DNA of 63,819 bases, counting the filler, from Pelomyxa schiedti (taxonomy: Eukaryota; Protista; Evosea), in assembly GCA_020536535.1 (NCBI GenBank). It is 15 parts of 15 records of this genome, joined end to end, with 100 filler letters (N's around TTAATTAATTAA, not from the genome) between each part and the next. Parts side by side here need not be neighbours in the genome. Positions count along the whole stretch, not along the records: positions 48,705 to 53,929 come from JAHLWZ010001513.1; positions 54,030 to 55,134 come from JAHLWZ010002828.1; positions 55,235 to 57,702 come from JAHLWZ010000280.1; positions 57,803 to 58,985 come from JAHLWZ010002729.1; positions 59,086 to 62,281 come from JAHLWZ010001802.1; 10 more parts are not named here. One strand, given 5' to 3'. The notes beneath the pieces are model-generated. The model had not been told where the DNA came from. It saw only the letters and a program-made list of their open reading frames with translations, and did no database searches. Positions 51,218 to 62,381 of the stretch are shown piece by piece. Positions within the stretch are counted from its first letter, which is position 1, and each line of letters begins with the position of its first letter. A program made the translations under genes and the position numbers.

Positions 51218-52614
51218 ATGTCATCAACAACAGCGGCAGCGGGCGGAACACAAGACCAGCCACAACAACATAATCAAAGTCTGCAAGGAACGAGATGGAG
51301 AAACAAAGAGGATCCGAACAAAAGTGGTGTTGTCTGTTTGCAGTTCTGGGACACGACTGCTCAGTTTCGATTTTGTGCTTCCACTCTGGGGTGTGCAAGT
51401 GAAAAACGTGCATCTAAAAAAGACTCTGTTGTTGCGTGCAACTTCTCGGTGTGTTGTTTATTTTCATTTTCACTTATCCATTGTTTCTTTTTGTTTATGA
51501 AACCCCTGGCACTTCCCATCTTGTTTGTATTACAAATTTCTATAAAATATCTTATTTGCTGTCAGGTTGATGACAGCGTTTCACCAAGGAGAATTCATTT
51601 CAACTCGGTATTTTTTCATGGAATAGGAATATTCCAGTTTGAGGGTGACAAAATTTTGAGACTCCACATGCGCGATTTGAGTCACCCTGAAGAGGACTGT
51701 CCTGATGACTTTCAAGTGCACCCTGACAAGCACCACTTGCTTTTGGAATTGAATCCCGAGGCGAGCTATCACGCATTTCTTATTACCATTTGTTAATTGA
51801 GGCAGATGTCGCTGGATGGTACCTGGGATAGCACTGACGGTCGACCCGCGAGCCTTATATTTGCAGGGAATACACTTACAGTGAAGCCAGGGGGCCCGGG
51901 CCCTGTTGAAGCATCTGCTCCACTGGAGTTCATGGTTTGTTGTTCTGTTTTCAGTTCGCTTCGAGTATTGCTTGGCCGTTGACATTTCACACGCACATAC
52001 AGGTTGACAGCACCACCGTGCCAATGCAAATTACGCTTGTCACACCTGAGGGAGAAGCTCCTGGAATCTTCGAGCTCTTGGATTCAGACACCCTCAGAAT
52101 GTGTCTTGCCCGTCCTGGGGAAGAGGCTCCAACACAGTTCCTTGAGGGCAACGGTGTCAACTTATTAACAGCTCACAAAAGACAGAATGACGTAGACCAA
52201 ACCTAAACTCACTGATTACCAATAACCGAGAATCCACAGCGTGAATTACTTGGTGAATGGTATGACGCTGAAGACAAAGTCACAATGACCTTTGACCCCA
52301 CAAGTATCACAATAGTATTACCTGGGGGTCCCCCCGAGTCCTTTGACTATAAGGTAGAAACAAACAAAAAAAGAAAAACCAACTGGGCAAAAAAACTAAT
52401 GCCAAACCACAAAAAGACTGATGAAACAACCACTCCCAAACGCTTCACCTTTGCCCTGACTCATATTTGCATTTATGAGATTCTGGAGAACAACTCCCTG
52501 AGGATCTGCTCACCTTGTTTTGATAATCCAGATGCACCCACTGTTTTCAGTACTGTGGCTCACAAGACCATTCTGCGTACTCTGATAAGACATCCCAAAG
52601 TCTCTCTGGGATGA
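51218..52614 (+). CDS. Protein of three tandem TIGR03067-like (Planctomycetes, lipocalin-like) domains, 5 introns
   Basis: Three repeats: LQGTRW..VDDSVSPRRI..GIFQFEGDKILRL..PDDF; LDGTW..VDSTTVPMQI..GIFELLDSDTLRMCLARPGEEAPTQF; LLGEW..TDETTTPKRF..CIYEILENNSLRIC..APTVF. Introns at 51449-51565, 51761-51805, 51935-52002, 52192-52239, 52354-52416. Confidence 0.75.
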
Positions 52615-52679
52615 TGATCCCCAAAATGTGTGAACAGAGAAGAAACTTATCACGGATATAATTAATTATAATAATAATT

Positions 52680-53929
52680 TTAGTGGTAATATTTTTTGAA
52701 TTTGAACAGCTTCAATGGCAGGGTGATCACCCCAAGGCGAAATCCAGTTACTCCGTCATGCAGTGAGAACTCAATTATTTCCGTGGTGTCACTTTCATGG
52801 TGCCGATTTCTTGGTTGATAGGTTGAAAGGGTGACACTGTAGATCATCTCCTGGAGCGCGTCCTTTTCACTGCTGAAGTATGATGTTGAGAGAATGAGGC
52901 CTGAGAGCCTGTGGGGGCATGACCATGTGCATGGAAGGCAAAGTGATGGTTGTGAGAGGTTCCCATTGTGGAAAACCTGGAACTCAGTGGGCTCTGAAGA
53001 ATAGGAATCCGTGGTCCTGACGAACACATGGCTTTTGTTCAGTGTGGTCACCAACTTGCCATCAGGAAACTCCCACGTCGTTTCTGACGACAATGCGTCC
53101 ACAAGTGTGCGACGAGTCACATTCACTGCAGCTTCTTGAAGGACCAGCTCACTCATCAAAATACAAGGGGAACCATCAGGGAGCCACGTCACACTCCGAA
53201 GTATCAGTGTGGAGGCACCAAGAGGTGGATTGCATTCAATCTTTGATTTGACAACAAGCTCCTTGTTGTTGAAGGTGGCTTCCAAGTCAACAAGTGTAAC
53301 AACATCCCTCTGCGTGTGCTCACTGCATCCTCCACCTATTTTGCCATGCAAAATCAGAGTGTCATCGCTGAGAGGCGCTAATTCAACCAGGCTCATTCTG
53401 ATGTCTCTGGTCTTCACAACCACATCATCTCCAACAGGCGCGCCACCCTCCACCTTGTGGATGAACAACGATGGAACTTCCTCTTTAGTATCTCCACACC
53501 CCACAATCCACTTCCTGTTGCACACTATGCTCTTGATTTGTGCCCAGGCTGTCAGGGAGGGCTCAGGCAATTCACACTGATTACAGGCTGTTGTATCCTT
53601 GATGATTTGTTCCACAGTGAAATTTTTGAATGATGTCAGCAGAACCTTGTTGTCCCCAATGCACCCACATAACTTTTGAGAAAGAACATGACTGAAACAA
53701 GAAGTATTCAGCACACCCAGGGTCAGTGACACACTAACAAGCAGGATACAATGTTGGTTCTGACCCTCCCAGGTTGTTCCCTCCACTGGAAGGGTAAAAA
53801 CCGCATCCCACAATGAGTACAGGACCCACTCTTCGGCCCACTGCCTGAACAGCACTGTCGATCGTGCCCACTGCGTCATTGAAAATGGGGGTTTGGTTTT
53901 TGTTGCGCCGATTGAAGGTTCTCCAGAGG
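52680..53929 (-). CDS. Lineage-expanded intronless DQF-family protein F, 5'-truncated
   Basis: WARSTVLFRQWAEEWVL...VSVSLTLGV...CNRKWIV...VTLVDLEATF...LHDGVTGFRLGVI. Confidence 0.75.
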
Positions 53930-54586
53930 NNNNNNNNNNNNNNNNNNNNNNNNNNNNNNNNNNNNNNNNNNNNTTAATTAATTAANNNNNNNNNNNNNNN
54001 NNNNNNNNNNNNNNNNNNNNNNNNNNNNNGTAGTTTGAAAACCCAAATCCACATGCGGAATTTATTTTAACTACTTCTACATATATATAGTTCTACTCGT
54101 GGCCTGCTTATCCCTATGGGTACTCAAATCCAGAAAGATGTTGTAGAGAGTGCGTGCGAGTGTGGTTGTTAACAACCATATACTACTATCTTGTATCACA
54201 TGTGAAATATAAACTATCATACTCCTTTCCAAGGAATGAGTCATCCCCTGCCTGAGACTGAAAAACCTCTGTGAACCAGAAATAAAATAAAAAAACCAAA
54301 CTTGTTGTTTGCCTCGCGTGCTTCTCTACGTCCCTTTTCGGGCTCACTTCGGCACAGTCAATAAACCGTTGATTGAGCGGTGTGCTTTCGCAGTTTGGGC
54401 CCAAGAAAAAGGACACTGTCAACAATCTCTCTTTCCGCGTACGAGACACCAAGAAGAAAGAAAATTCAACCCAGAGGTGATGACCACAAGTGGTACGCGT
54501 ATACCCTGACAATATTAATTGTTGGTACAAGTGTGTTGGTAGCCAGAGAGCTAGTTGAGAGTTAGCCGAGAGATAGCTGAGAGATA

Positions 54587-55134
54587 GTGAGTGTCAGTTC
54601 AGTCATAGCGGTGAATCACATATTGCTCGTTGCTGGTGGGAAGCGGTACTTAGCACATAGATGGGCATCAGGATGGTCTGAAGCCACTACTATTGCACAT
54701 ATTGTGACAGCGTTATCGGGAGATGCTGCATTGTATTTAGGACCGCAGATCATGCAAATGTGTTCTCTGAAGGATGTTGAGCGTGTATTCCTGGAAAATT
54801 ACTTACTTGAGGAAGAGAAGCTTGCTAGACAAAGGCTGTTGAATATGATTCAAGCTTATACGCGCCGCATGAGGTATACCTATGAGCAAGTTTATGGCTC
54901 AGTTCATGATGTCAATGCCATGCGAAACCTCATTGAAACCATGATTAGTCATTTGCTGCGTATCCTTAGGCTCTTCTGCTGAAATTGGACCGACAACAGG
55001 ATTCTTGGTTGTAGTCACTTCGATCTACAACCAAGAATCCTGTTGTTGGACCAATTTCAGGAGAAGAGCCTAAGGATATGCAGCAAATGATCCAAACAGC
55101 GGTAAAAGAGGCCTTCAAACCTTTCTTAGCAGGC
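54587..55134 (+). mobile_element. Degenerate LTR-retrotransposon gag (capsid-like) remnant
   Basis: GWSEATTIAHIVTALSGDAALY...SLKDVERVFLENY...LLNMIQ follows the retrotransposon gag pattern (W..L.G.A..F..L..Q). A weak PBS-like TGGTAGCCAGAGAGC lies at 54537. Confidence 0.55.
54949..55090. repeat. Long inverted repeat: 66-bp arms, 10-nt loop
   Basis: 54949-55014 is the reverse complement of 55025-55090 with 4 differences, two of which are G-U compatible on the + transcript. Confidence 0.95.
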
Positions 55135-55234
55135 NNNNNNNNNNNNNNNNNNNNNNNNNNNNNNNNNNNNNNNNNNNNTTAATTAATTAANNNNNNNNNN
55201 NNNNNNNNNNNNNNNNNNNNNNNNNNNNNNNNNN

Positions 55235-55561
55235 GTCACTTGGCCAGAGAACCCAGTCCTCAGCCCATGCCCTGAACAACGCAGTCGATTGTATCCATTC
55301 TATCATTGATTGTGGAACAACACAAGGCAACTGTTGCTGTGTTGTTTTTAACGATTTTGCGGGTCGTAATGTGCCCAGTGGTGGTGGTGATGGTGATGGT
55401 GGTCGCGGTGGCGATGGAGCGCGACGACAACAACCACCCACTCTTTTTTGAGTGGTTGTAGGGCAACAAAGAATGGCCATTACTTGTGACTTGGCTGTAG
55501 TTGTTGCCTTCGTTGTTTGTGCTGCTTGTTGATGTGAACACGACGATTCGTTGGAGCCCAT
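55235..55561 (-). CDS. DQF-family protein G, 5' part
   Basis: AKSQVMAILCC...SMIEWIQSTALFRAWAEDWVLW matches SMTQWARSTVLFRQWAEEWVLY of protein F. Confidence 0.65.
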
Positions 55562-55686
55562 TTGTTGTATCAGATCCAGAGATTGAGTGATGAACGAATT
55601 CCTTGGGTGAGGAACTGCACCAAAAGAGAACAAAGAGGCACAAAGTATTTATTCACTAGAGACTCAAGAAGCATCACAAAATGGAT

Positions 55687-57702
55687 TCAAAGTAAAAGTT
55701 GTTGCTTTTGGTGGATGGGGCTGCGGCACTGAGGGCACTTCCTTATGACTGAGGCACACTGTTGTACTTCATTAGAGTTTGGGAGGCATTAAGAGTGGCC
55801 TGAATACCTGAGAGCACAGAACAATGTGGCCGCAAGGTAGGAATTGAACATTGGGTTGCCTCTCATCGCACTCAATGCACAAGTTGTTGTTGCTAACGCT
55901 AACATTCAGTGGTGACTGCTGTTTGGGCATTGTTGTTGAGAAACAGGGAGAAGCTGTGCTCCCAGGAAGTGTTGTGACGACTGAAGAGGACGAAGTGGAG
56001 ACCTTGAATGCCATCAGAGCCATGACGGCCTGCTGGGCCNNNNNNNNNNNNNNNNNNNNNNNNNNNNNNNNNNNNNNNNNNNNNNNNNNNNNNNNNNNNN
56101 NNNNNNNNNNNNNNNNNNNNNNNNNNNNNNNNNNNNNNNCTGTTTGGGCATTGTTGTTGAGAAACAGGGAGAAGCTGTGCTCCCAGGAAGTGTTGTGACG
56201 ACTGAAGAGGACGAAGTGGAGACCTTGAATGCCATCAGAGCCATGACGGCCTGCTGGGCCTCAGGGAGCAAAGAACAGAGCTGAGACCGCACTCCAGGCA
56301 AGGCCATGAACTTCTCATCACCCTCCAGCCCACGCCTCAACATCCACTTGGATTGGTGCTCTGCAATCAGCCCTGAACACACTTCCTGCATTTCCTCAAT
56401 TTCCTTGTTGAGGTTGTGACTGAGAGTAACTTGCTCAGAGAGCTCCTTGGACAGCATGGTGTATGTGTCTGCAAGCTTTGTGCACCCATCAAACCGGCAC
56501 CCTTGAAGCTGTGTGAGTGTCTCTGAGAGTGAGGCCAATGACTGAAACAGTGGTTCCCCAGCAGAAGCCATACTGACGTTTTCCAGAATCTGTTTCGGTA
56601 AAACTTGGCTGCCCAGTTTCCTCAATGTTACATTGAAGTCCTGTTCTTTTATGTGTTAGGTGTGTGAACCCCAGGTTTTCTTTGTCTAACCTTGGAGTGG
56701 CACAGGGTTGTTTTCCAATGAATCCACAGTCTTGTCTCCCAAAAGTTTCTTGGTCAACTCAGAGATGTTATTTGAGCACTGCTGAATCTCTGCCTCACTG
56801 TTTTGAACTGTAAATTTCTGTCCCAGTACCTGTTTGCAGGCATCCTCAGATTCCACAAGTTGCCTTCCCAGTGTCTCTTGCATGGAAACAAGATCTCTGA
56901 GGTGTGATGCCTGTTCCTCATTGTGTTTCGTGGCTGCCTGAAGGCTCTTGTTCAATTTAACTGCCGACTCCTTGAGCAAGATGATCTCTGGCACGGCTCT
57001 CTTCAGTTGAGAGCACAATTGCGTGGCCAGTTTGAAAGCATTCGTCACTTCTGGCAGGGTTCCAACTCCAGGTGTAAACTTCACAGATTGATCTCGTTCC
57101 TTTAAACTTGGTTTAGGACTGGGATGAAGCATAGGGGCACGCACACCTCCCACTCCTTCTTGGCTTCTGCTATTTTCTGTTTCCAGCTTTCTTCTAGCTC
57201 AATTTTTTCAGTAACATAGTTCCTTCTGAGTGTCTGTTCGAAATAAGAACAAAAAGAGAGAAGAGAAAGCAAAGTGGGGCACACTTCAGTCAGTTGGTTG
57301 AGCTGGTCAAGGTGTTTCAGCTTGTTCATTTCTGTTATTTCCTTGTTTTAAACCCCATCAGAACACACACAGTATTTAATGAGCTCACCACAACACAAAA
57401 CAACACTCACACACCTCCCACTCCTGCTTGGCTGCTGCCATCTCCTTTTTCAATCTTGAAATCTCCAAGTCATTTTTCTTTCATGATCTGAAAACCCCTG
57501 AAATCAGAAACAAGAATAAAGAAAAGTGAGTGGACAACAAGGATACCTCAATCTGATGCTGTTCTGGAAAAGATGACCCCATTTGATGTTGGAAAATTCC
57601 AGAACCTGTTCTTCCATTGAATACATTGTTGTTGAGAACACCCCTCAATGGAACATTCCCAGTTGTGGAGAGTGTCATAATACCCTCCCCAACGACCTGC
57701 AA
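55687..57702 (-). CDS. Coiled-coil protein with C-terminal C3HC4 RING finger (putative E3 ligase); 5'-truncated and spanning a gap
   Basis: LCIECDERQPNVQFLPCGHIVLCSQ|CASVIRKCPQCRSPI. Long heptad regions and GT-AG introns. Confidence 0.8.
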
Positions 57703-57802
57703 NNNNNNNNNNNNNNNNNNNNNNNNNNNNNNNNNNNNNNNNNNNNTTAATTAATTAANNNNNNNNNNNNNNNNNNNNNNNNNNNNNNNNNNNNNNNNNN
57801 NN

Positions 57803-58985
57803 TGTGCTTATACACCCCCAAAAAAGGGTACTGTTGGAGTGGGGAGAAACCAGTTCACAGTGTGGCGAAAAGTGGAGTGAAGTGGTGGGAAGAGGTGAAA
57901 GTGGAGAGACAGAACCCCCCAGAGCTTGTTTTTCTCACTGTGGGGCAATTAGTGAATGTGTGGGGTGTTGTGTCTCCACAATATGTTGTCAGAATCTTTC
58001 AAAATCAAAAGAGAGACAGCAACAACCACTTGATTCCAGACAGCTGGGGTAATTTTCGCATCACACTCATCAAGGCAAGTGCAGCAAAGAAGCTGCCACA
58101 TAAAGCTCTTACACTAAGAGATGTTGGGAAGACTACATCTGTTGCAGCAACAGACATTGAAGAAATTCATGAAGACATCAATCCTGTCTTGAAAAAGAGT
58201 GTTCTCACACTCTTGTTAGAAGCTCTCACCCGTGTCCATAAAATTCCCTCAGAGTCCACTTCCTTAAGTGATAAGGAATCACCAGAATCACCTTCCTCTG
58301 TGGACCTTCCTTTGCTTCAGCAATACAATGCATACCGTAAATCCCCTCCAAAGTCTTTGACTACAGCACAATTCACTTTGACTGAGTTGAAAGTAAAGTT
58401 TGTATGTAATTTTTACATGTTTACATTGCTTAGGAACAACGAAAACAACTGAAGACCTTTCATGATGAACAGATCAAATTACACAAGAAGATATGTGAGA
58501 CTACACAACAAGAATGCTCTCTTCAACACACACAAGAGATGCGTCTGCTTGAAGAAAATGTGAAGCTGCTAAAGACTCACAATGAAGACTTGAAGAAGGA
58601 GCTTAGTGACTTGAAAAAGGAGCTCACTGCTCAACGTGAAAGGTATGAGGAACAACTTGCTCACAAGGACAAAGAGCATGCACTTGAAACTGAAACCCTC
58701 AAGCAACGCATAGAACAACTTCACCAGACTCTCACTCAAACTTATCAAAGTATGCTTGAGAAATATTGCCTTAAAAAAACATAAAAATTTCTTGTGCTTT
58801 TTTAGATTCTGAGACATCTTGGCAGCAGAGAATAAGAGAGAGAGAAATGGCTGAAATTCAGAAGAGTACATTTGTCAAACTGCAGATGAATTTGTCAAAT
58901 CCAGAATGGGTCTGTCTGTGCAAATTACTAAAACTTAAGCAGAGAAAAAAGGCAATGTTGACATGTCTGCATGAGCACAGTGATT
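57803..58985 (+). CDS. Hypothetical coiled-coil protein, internal fragment
   Basis: Long open exons joined by short GT-AG introns; heptads LLEENVKLLKTHNEDLKKELSDLKKEL. Confidence 0.55.
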
Positions 58986-59085
58986 NNNNNNNNNNNNNNN
59001 NNNNNNNNNNNNNNNNNNNNNNNNNNNNNTTAATTAATTAANNNNNNNNNNNNNNNNNNNNNNNNNNNNNNNNNNNNNNNNNNNN

Positions 59086-59202
59086 AGCACATTGGTGTGT
59101 CTGTTGGCCGTTGGCGTGCTGCAAACTGTGTGCACACTGTTTTCCCAGAAAAACGCTCGTTTTTTGATCGTGTGCACACCGAAAAAGTTTGGGCAGTCCC
59201 AA
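59086..59202. mobile_element. Terminus of a collapsed interspersed repeat, copy 2
   Basis: Identical to 3-119. Confidence 0.65.
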
Positions 59203-61292
59203 TGATGTTCCCGCTTCGCAGGGCGGCGCGCCGGGCCCTGGTCGCGCACTGCCACAAGTGGCACATGGCACTGAGGGCAGCAGCCGAGGCCGGGAGCGCG
59301 TCGTGCGTGGACTGGCTGCTCGCCGCAAGGAGGACGGCTGCGCAGACGGAGGAGGAAGATGAGGCGGGAGCGGGCGGTGAGGACGAGGGCGGCGGGGAAG
59401 CCGGCGTTGAACGGCGGCTCGTGTCGCAACAGGGGAAGAAGCGGGTGGTGATGGTTAGGAGGAGGAGCAGCAGGAGGAACAACAAGGAGTTCATGTGCGT
59501 GCTTGGGGGCTTGTGTGTCGGTGGGCACTTGGGAATGGCCCAGAGGCTCGTTGCTGGTGGCTGGCCTGGTCTCACATGGCTGGAGTCTCATCAGGCCCTC
59601 GTTGGGGGAGGAGGAGTAGAACCCAGCAGGGGGGTGGTGGTGAAGAGCCGTGGTGATTGCGGGAATCAGGAGCTTGTTGAATACGTGAGGGCATCTAAAA
59701 TCCTGGCAAGAGTGTGCAAGAGGGGATGGGGTGATGTGGCCAAGTGGATGGCCCAGAGGTTCGAGATCAGGGAACCGTGGGAGTTCGCCAAGCCAGTTGG
59801 TGCGGCACTGGGAGGGGCTCACCTGGAGTTGGCTCAGTGGATGGCAGGCACATTCAACCTGCTGGAAAGTTTCGGAGGATATCCCATGGACATGGAATTC
59901 CACACCAAGGCATGCAAGAGCGAGAGCCTGGAGGTTGTCAAGTGGTGCTTCGAAAGGTTTCCGAAAATGACGAATGTGAGTGCCATCATGGCCACCTTCC
60001 TTGCTTGCCTTGGGGGGAAAAGAAGCAGCAACTGTGTGGAGATATGCAAATACGTGAGGGAGCGCCTTGAGTTTCCTTCTGATTGTGATTGGTTCCACAA
60101 GCTTTCCAGAATCAGGAGGCTTGACGTCCTGAAGTGGGTGGTGTCTGAATTCAATGTTGCTCCCTCAACTTATGATGTTGGGGTGTACTGCCAAAGGAGA
60201 AATGCACTCGAGTTTCTCAAGTTCCTGCTTGTGGACGGTTTTGACGGGCAGCCTATCATGACAGCAACACCAGAGCTATTTATCGCAGCCTGCAAGGGCA
60301 GAAAGGGAAGCACCAGCATGCAGGTGGTGAAGTGGTTGTCAACGAGAGTGGGTACGCTACTTTCACCAGAGATTGACCTATCGTTCATCAATGCGTTGGC
60401 CAACGACAACACCTCGATTGCTAGGTGGCTGGAAGATTCCCACCACATCTTGGCGCGGCATGCAGGATACGCAAAGGCAGCGAGTCTCGTTTGCAGGGTG
60501 TGCAGAGGAATGCCTACATTCGGCAGAGAATCAGTGGGAATCGAGTGGCTCCTGGATCACCTGGATATCCACTCTGCCACTCCCCGACAGATAACACGGC
60601 TTCTTCTGGACTGCATGGAAGACAACGAGGAGAATTTCAAGTCGTTGCCAGCCGTAATCTTCCTGCTTGAGAAGTTCCAGTCCATTATCCCCGAACTAAA
60701 CAAGTTGGAACTCGTCTCCTCTGTCCTGCGACATAGCCTTTACCAAGACGATCCTGAACAAGTCCAAAGGATCGCTACCACATGTATGGGTGGAATAATC
60801 AGGAGGAGCAACAAGTCAGTAATTGCCAGGTGCCTTGTTGACACCTATTCCTTTGGCTCCACCAAAGCAGTCAAGTGGCTGATCACGCAGTTCAATCTCG
60901 AGCGTGAGCACATCACAGCCAAAAACAACAGTATCCTGGCGACACTTACGTCGACGGCGCATCACGGATGCTGCGCAGAGTGGCTCATCAACAAGTTCCA
61001 CATCACACTTGATGAGCTGCCCGGTGTGACTAACGTCTTTCAGGATGGCCTGCCCACATTGATGATGCTGTTGGAGGTGTTCCCAGGCATCACGGCCACC
61101 AACATCAAGGAGAAGCTCCTTGCACTTGTGTGCCAGTCGCCAGTCGCCGTGCAGTTCACACTGAGGCACTTCCCTGAAGTGACAATCGAGGACATCGCTG
61201 GATGGACCTCCGCCCATTGTGGTGCTGCTTTCTCATCCACACGGTGCTGGCTCATCGACACATACCACATCAACAGCTACAGCTACAGCTGA
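59202..61292 (+). CDS. Intronless ankyrin-like helical-repeat protein of an expanded family, probably 5'-incomplete
   Basis: Repeated AC/AL-x-x-G-[HN]-L-x-[VMLA]-x-[KQ]-W-[LM] units (CVGGHLGMAQRL, ALGGAHLELAQWM, ACKSESLEVVKWC, ALANDNTSIARWL). The first 35 codons of the ORF-track call come from the repeat. Confidence 0.75.
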   Translation: MMFPLRRAARRALVAHCHKWHMALRAAAEAGSASCVDWLLAARRTAAQTEEEDEAGAGGEDEGGGEAGVERRLVSQQGKKRVVMVRRRSSRRNNKEFMCVLGGLCVGGHLGMAQRLVAGGWPGLTWLESHQALVGGGGVEPSRGVVVKSRGDCGNQELVEYVRASKILARVCKRGWGDVAKWMAQRFEIREPWEFAKPVGAALGGAHLELAQWMAGTFNLLESFGGYPMDMEFHTKACKSESLEVVKWCFERFPKMTNVSAIMATFLACLGGKRSSNCVEICKYVRERLEFPSDCDWFHKLSRIRRLDVLKWVVSEFNVAPSTYDVGVYCQRRNALEFLKFLLVDGFDGQPIMTATPELFIAACKGRKGSTSMQVVKWLSTRVGTLLSPEIDLSFINALANDNTSIARWLEDSHHILARHAGYAKAASLVCRVCRGMPTFGRESVGIEWLLDHLDIHSATPRQITRLLLDCMEDNEENFKSLPAVIFLLEKFQSIIPELNKLELVSSVLRHSLYQDDPEQVQRIATTCMGGIIRRSNKSVIARCLVDTYSFGSTKAVKWLITQFNLEREHITAKNNSILATLTSTAHHGCCAEWLINKFHITLDELPGVTNVFQDGLPTLMMLLEVFPGITATNIKEKLLALVCQSPVAVQFTLRHFPEVTIEDIAGWTSAHCGAAFSSTRCWLIDTYHINSYSYS

Positions 61293-61699
61293 CTGACGCA
61301 CAACAGAGTTTTGTGTTCCGCTCCTTCTGTTATTACCGCGGGTCTTCCGAATAAAGTGCGATAACTTATTAGCAAAACCAGGAATATCTTCAACAACCGG
61401 TTTGTTTTCTTTATTTTATCTCCACAAAGAAAAATTTTTCATTGTCATTTGATGTATTAAGAACAAGCCAAAAGAAGGAGCTTTTTCCTGCGGGAGGGGT
61501 ACCAATGCCGTAGTAGAGCGGAAATCACTGAAACGAGTTTTTCTTGAGTGAATACCTTCCTTGAATTTATAGGAACACTAGGAGGCAAGCAAGTACACCA
61601 GCCACGAATATGATTATGAATAGAATAGAACAGGAGTGAGCTCCAACAAATGTAGTGCTACTCTTCTTCACAATATTGCTATGTTTCTCCAAAGGGGTA

Positions 61700-62281
61700 C
61701 CTTTTTTACCCTGGGCAGTTCTGCATACAGAAGTGAGTGACCCTGGCGCCACATTTCCCTAGGGTGCAAAGGGATTTGCTGCGCCTCAGGCGCAAACACC
61801 TCGCAATGCTTCGTCCTGCCCCCATCCCCTTGTTGTTTTGATTTCGATTTAGTGAGTCAAAATTGTGTTACAAATTGGAATGTATCAAGAGAGCCATCAT
61901 AATCTTTAGGGTATTCCATCCTCGGGGAAAACCTGCTCACGAGTTAGGAACAAGCGTGGAAGGATGCCGTTTCCTTTTTGCATCAATCTTGAAACAGGAG
62001 GATGTATTCTCAATGTCAATGAACAAGGCTAGAGCGGAAGTCACTGAACGCGAGTTTTATAGTAGGACTCTTTGATTGTGTCTTGAATTCATAGAACATG
62101 AATGCAGTAATCCAGCTCTCGCATCTGTTCCACTCTTCATAATATTGGCTCCCCAAGTTCCCTTTTTAACCCTGGGCAGTTCTGCATACAGAAGTGAGTG
62201 ACCCTGGCGCCACATTTCCCTAGAGTGCAAAGAGATCTGCTACGCCTCAGGCGCAAACACCTCGCAATGCTTCGTCCTGCC
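61700..62281. repeat. Direct repeat pair 61700-61820 / 62161-62281 within a degenerate ~460-520-nt tandem duplication
   Basis: 121 nt with about 5 substitutions. Patchy similarity extends upstream (agagcggaa.tcactgaa at ~61515 and ~62031). Confidence 0.85.
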
Positions 62282-62381
62282 NNNNNNNNNNNNNNNNNNN
62301 NNNNNNNNNNNNNNNNNNNNNNNNNTTAATTAATTAANNNNNNNNNNNNNNNNNNNNNNNNNNNNNNNNNNNNNNNNNNNN

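Noticed and set aside
54139-54551. Putative 5' LTR (TG...CA) plus primer-binding site upstream of the gag remnant
   Set aside because: No second LTR is visible and the PBS-like sequence is not directly preceded by CA; too weak to call.
59097-59201. N-terminal 35 aa of the 731-aa ORF
   Set aside because: Chance read-through from the repeat terminus; the same DNA is not in frame with Psf2 at 1-119.
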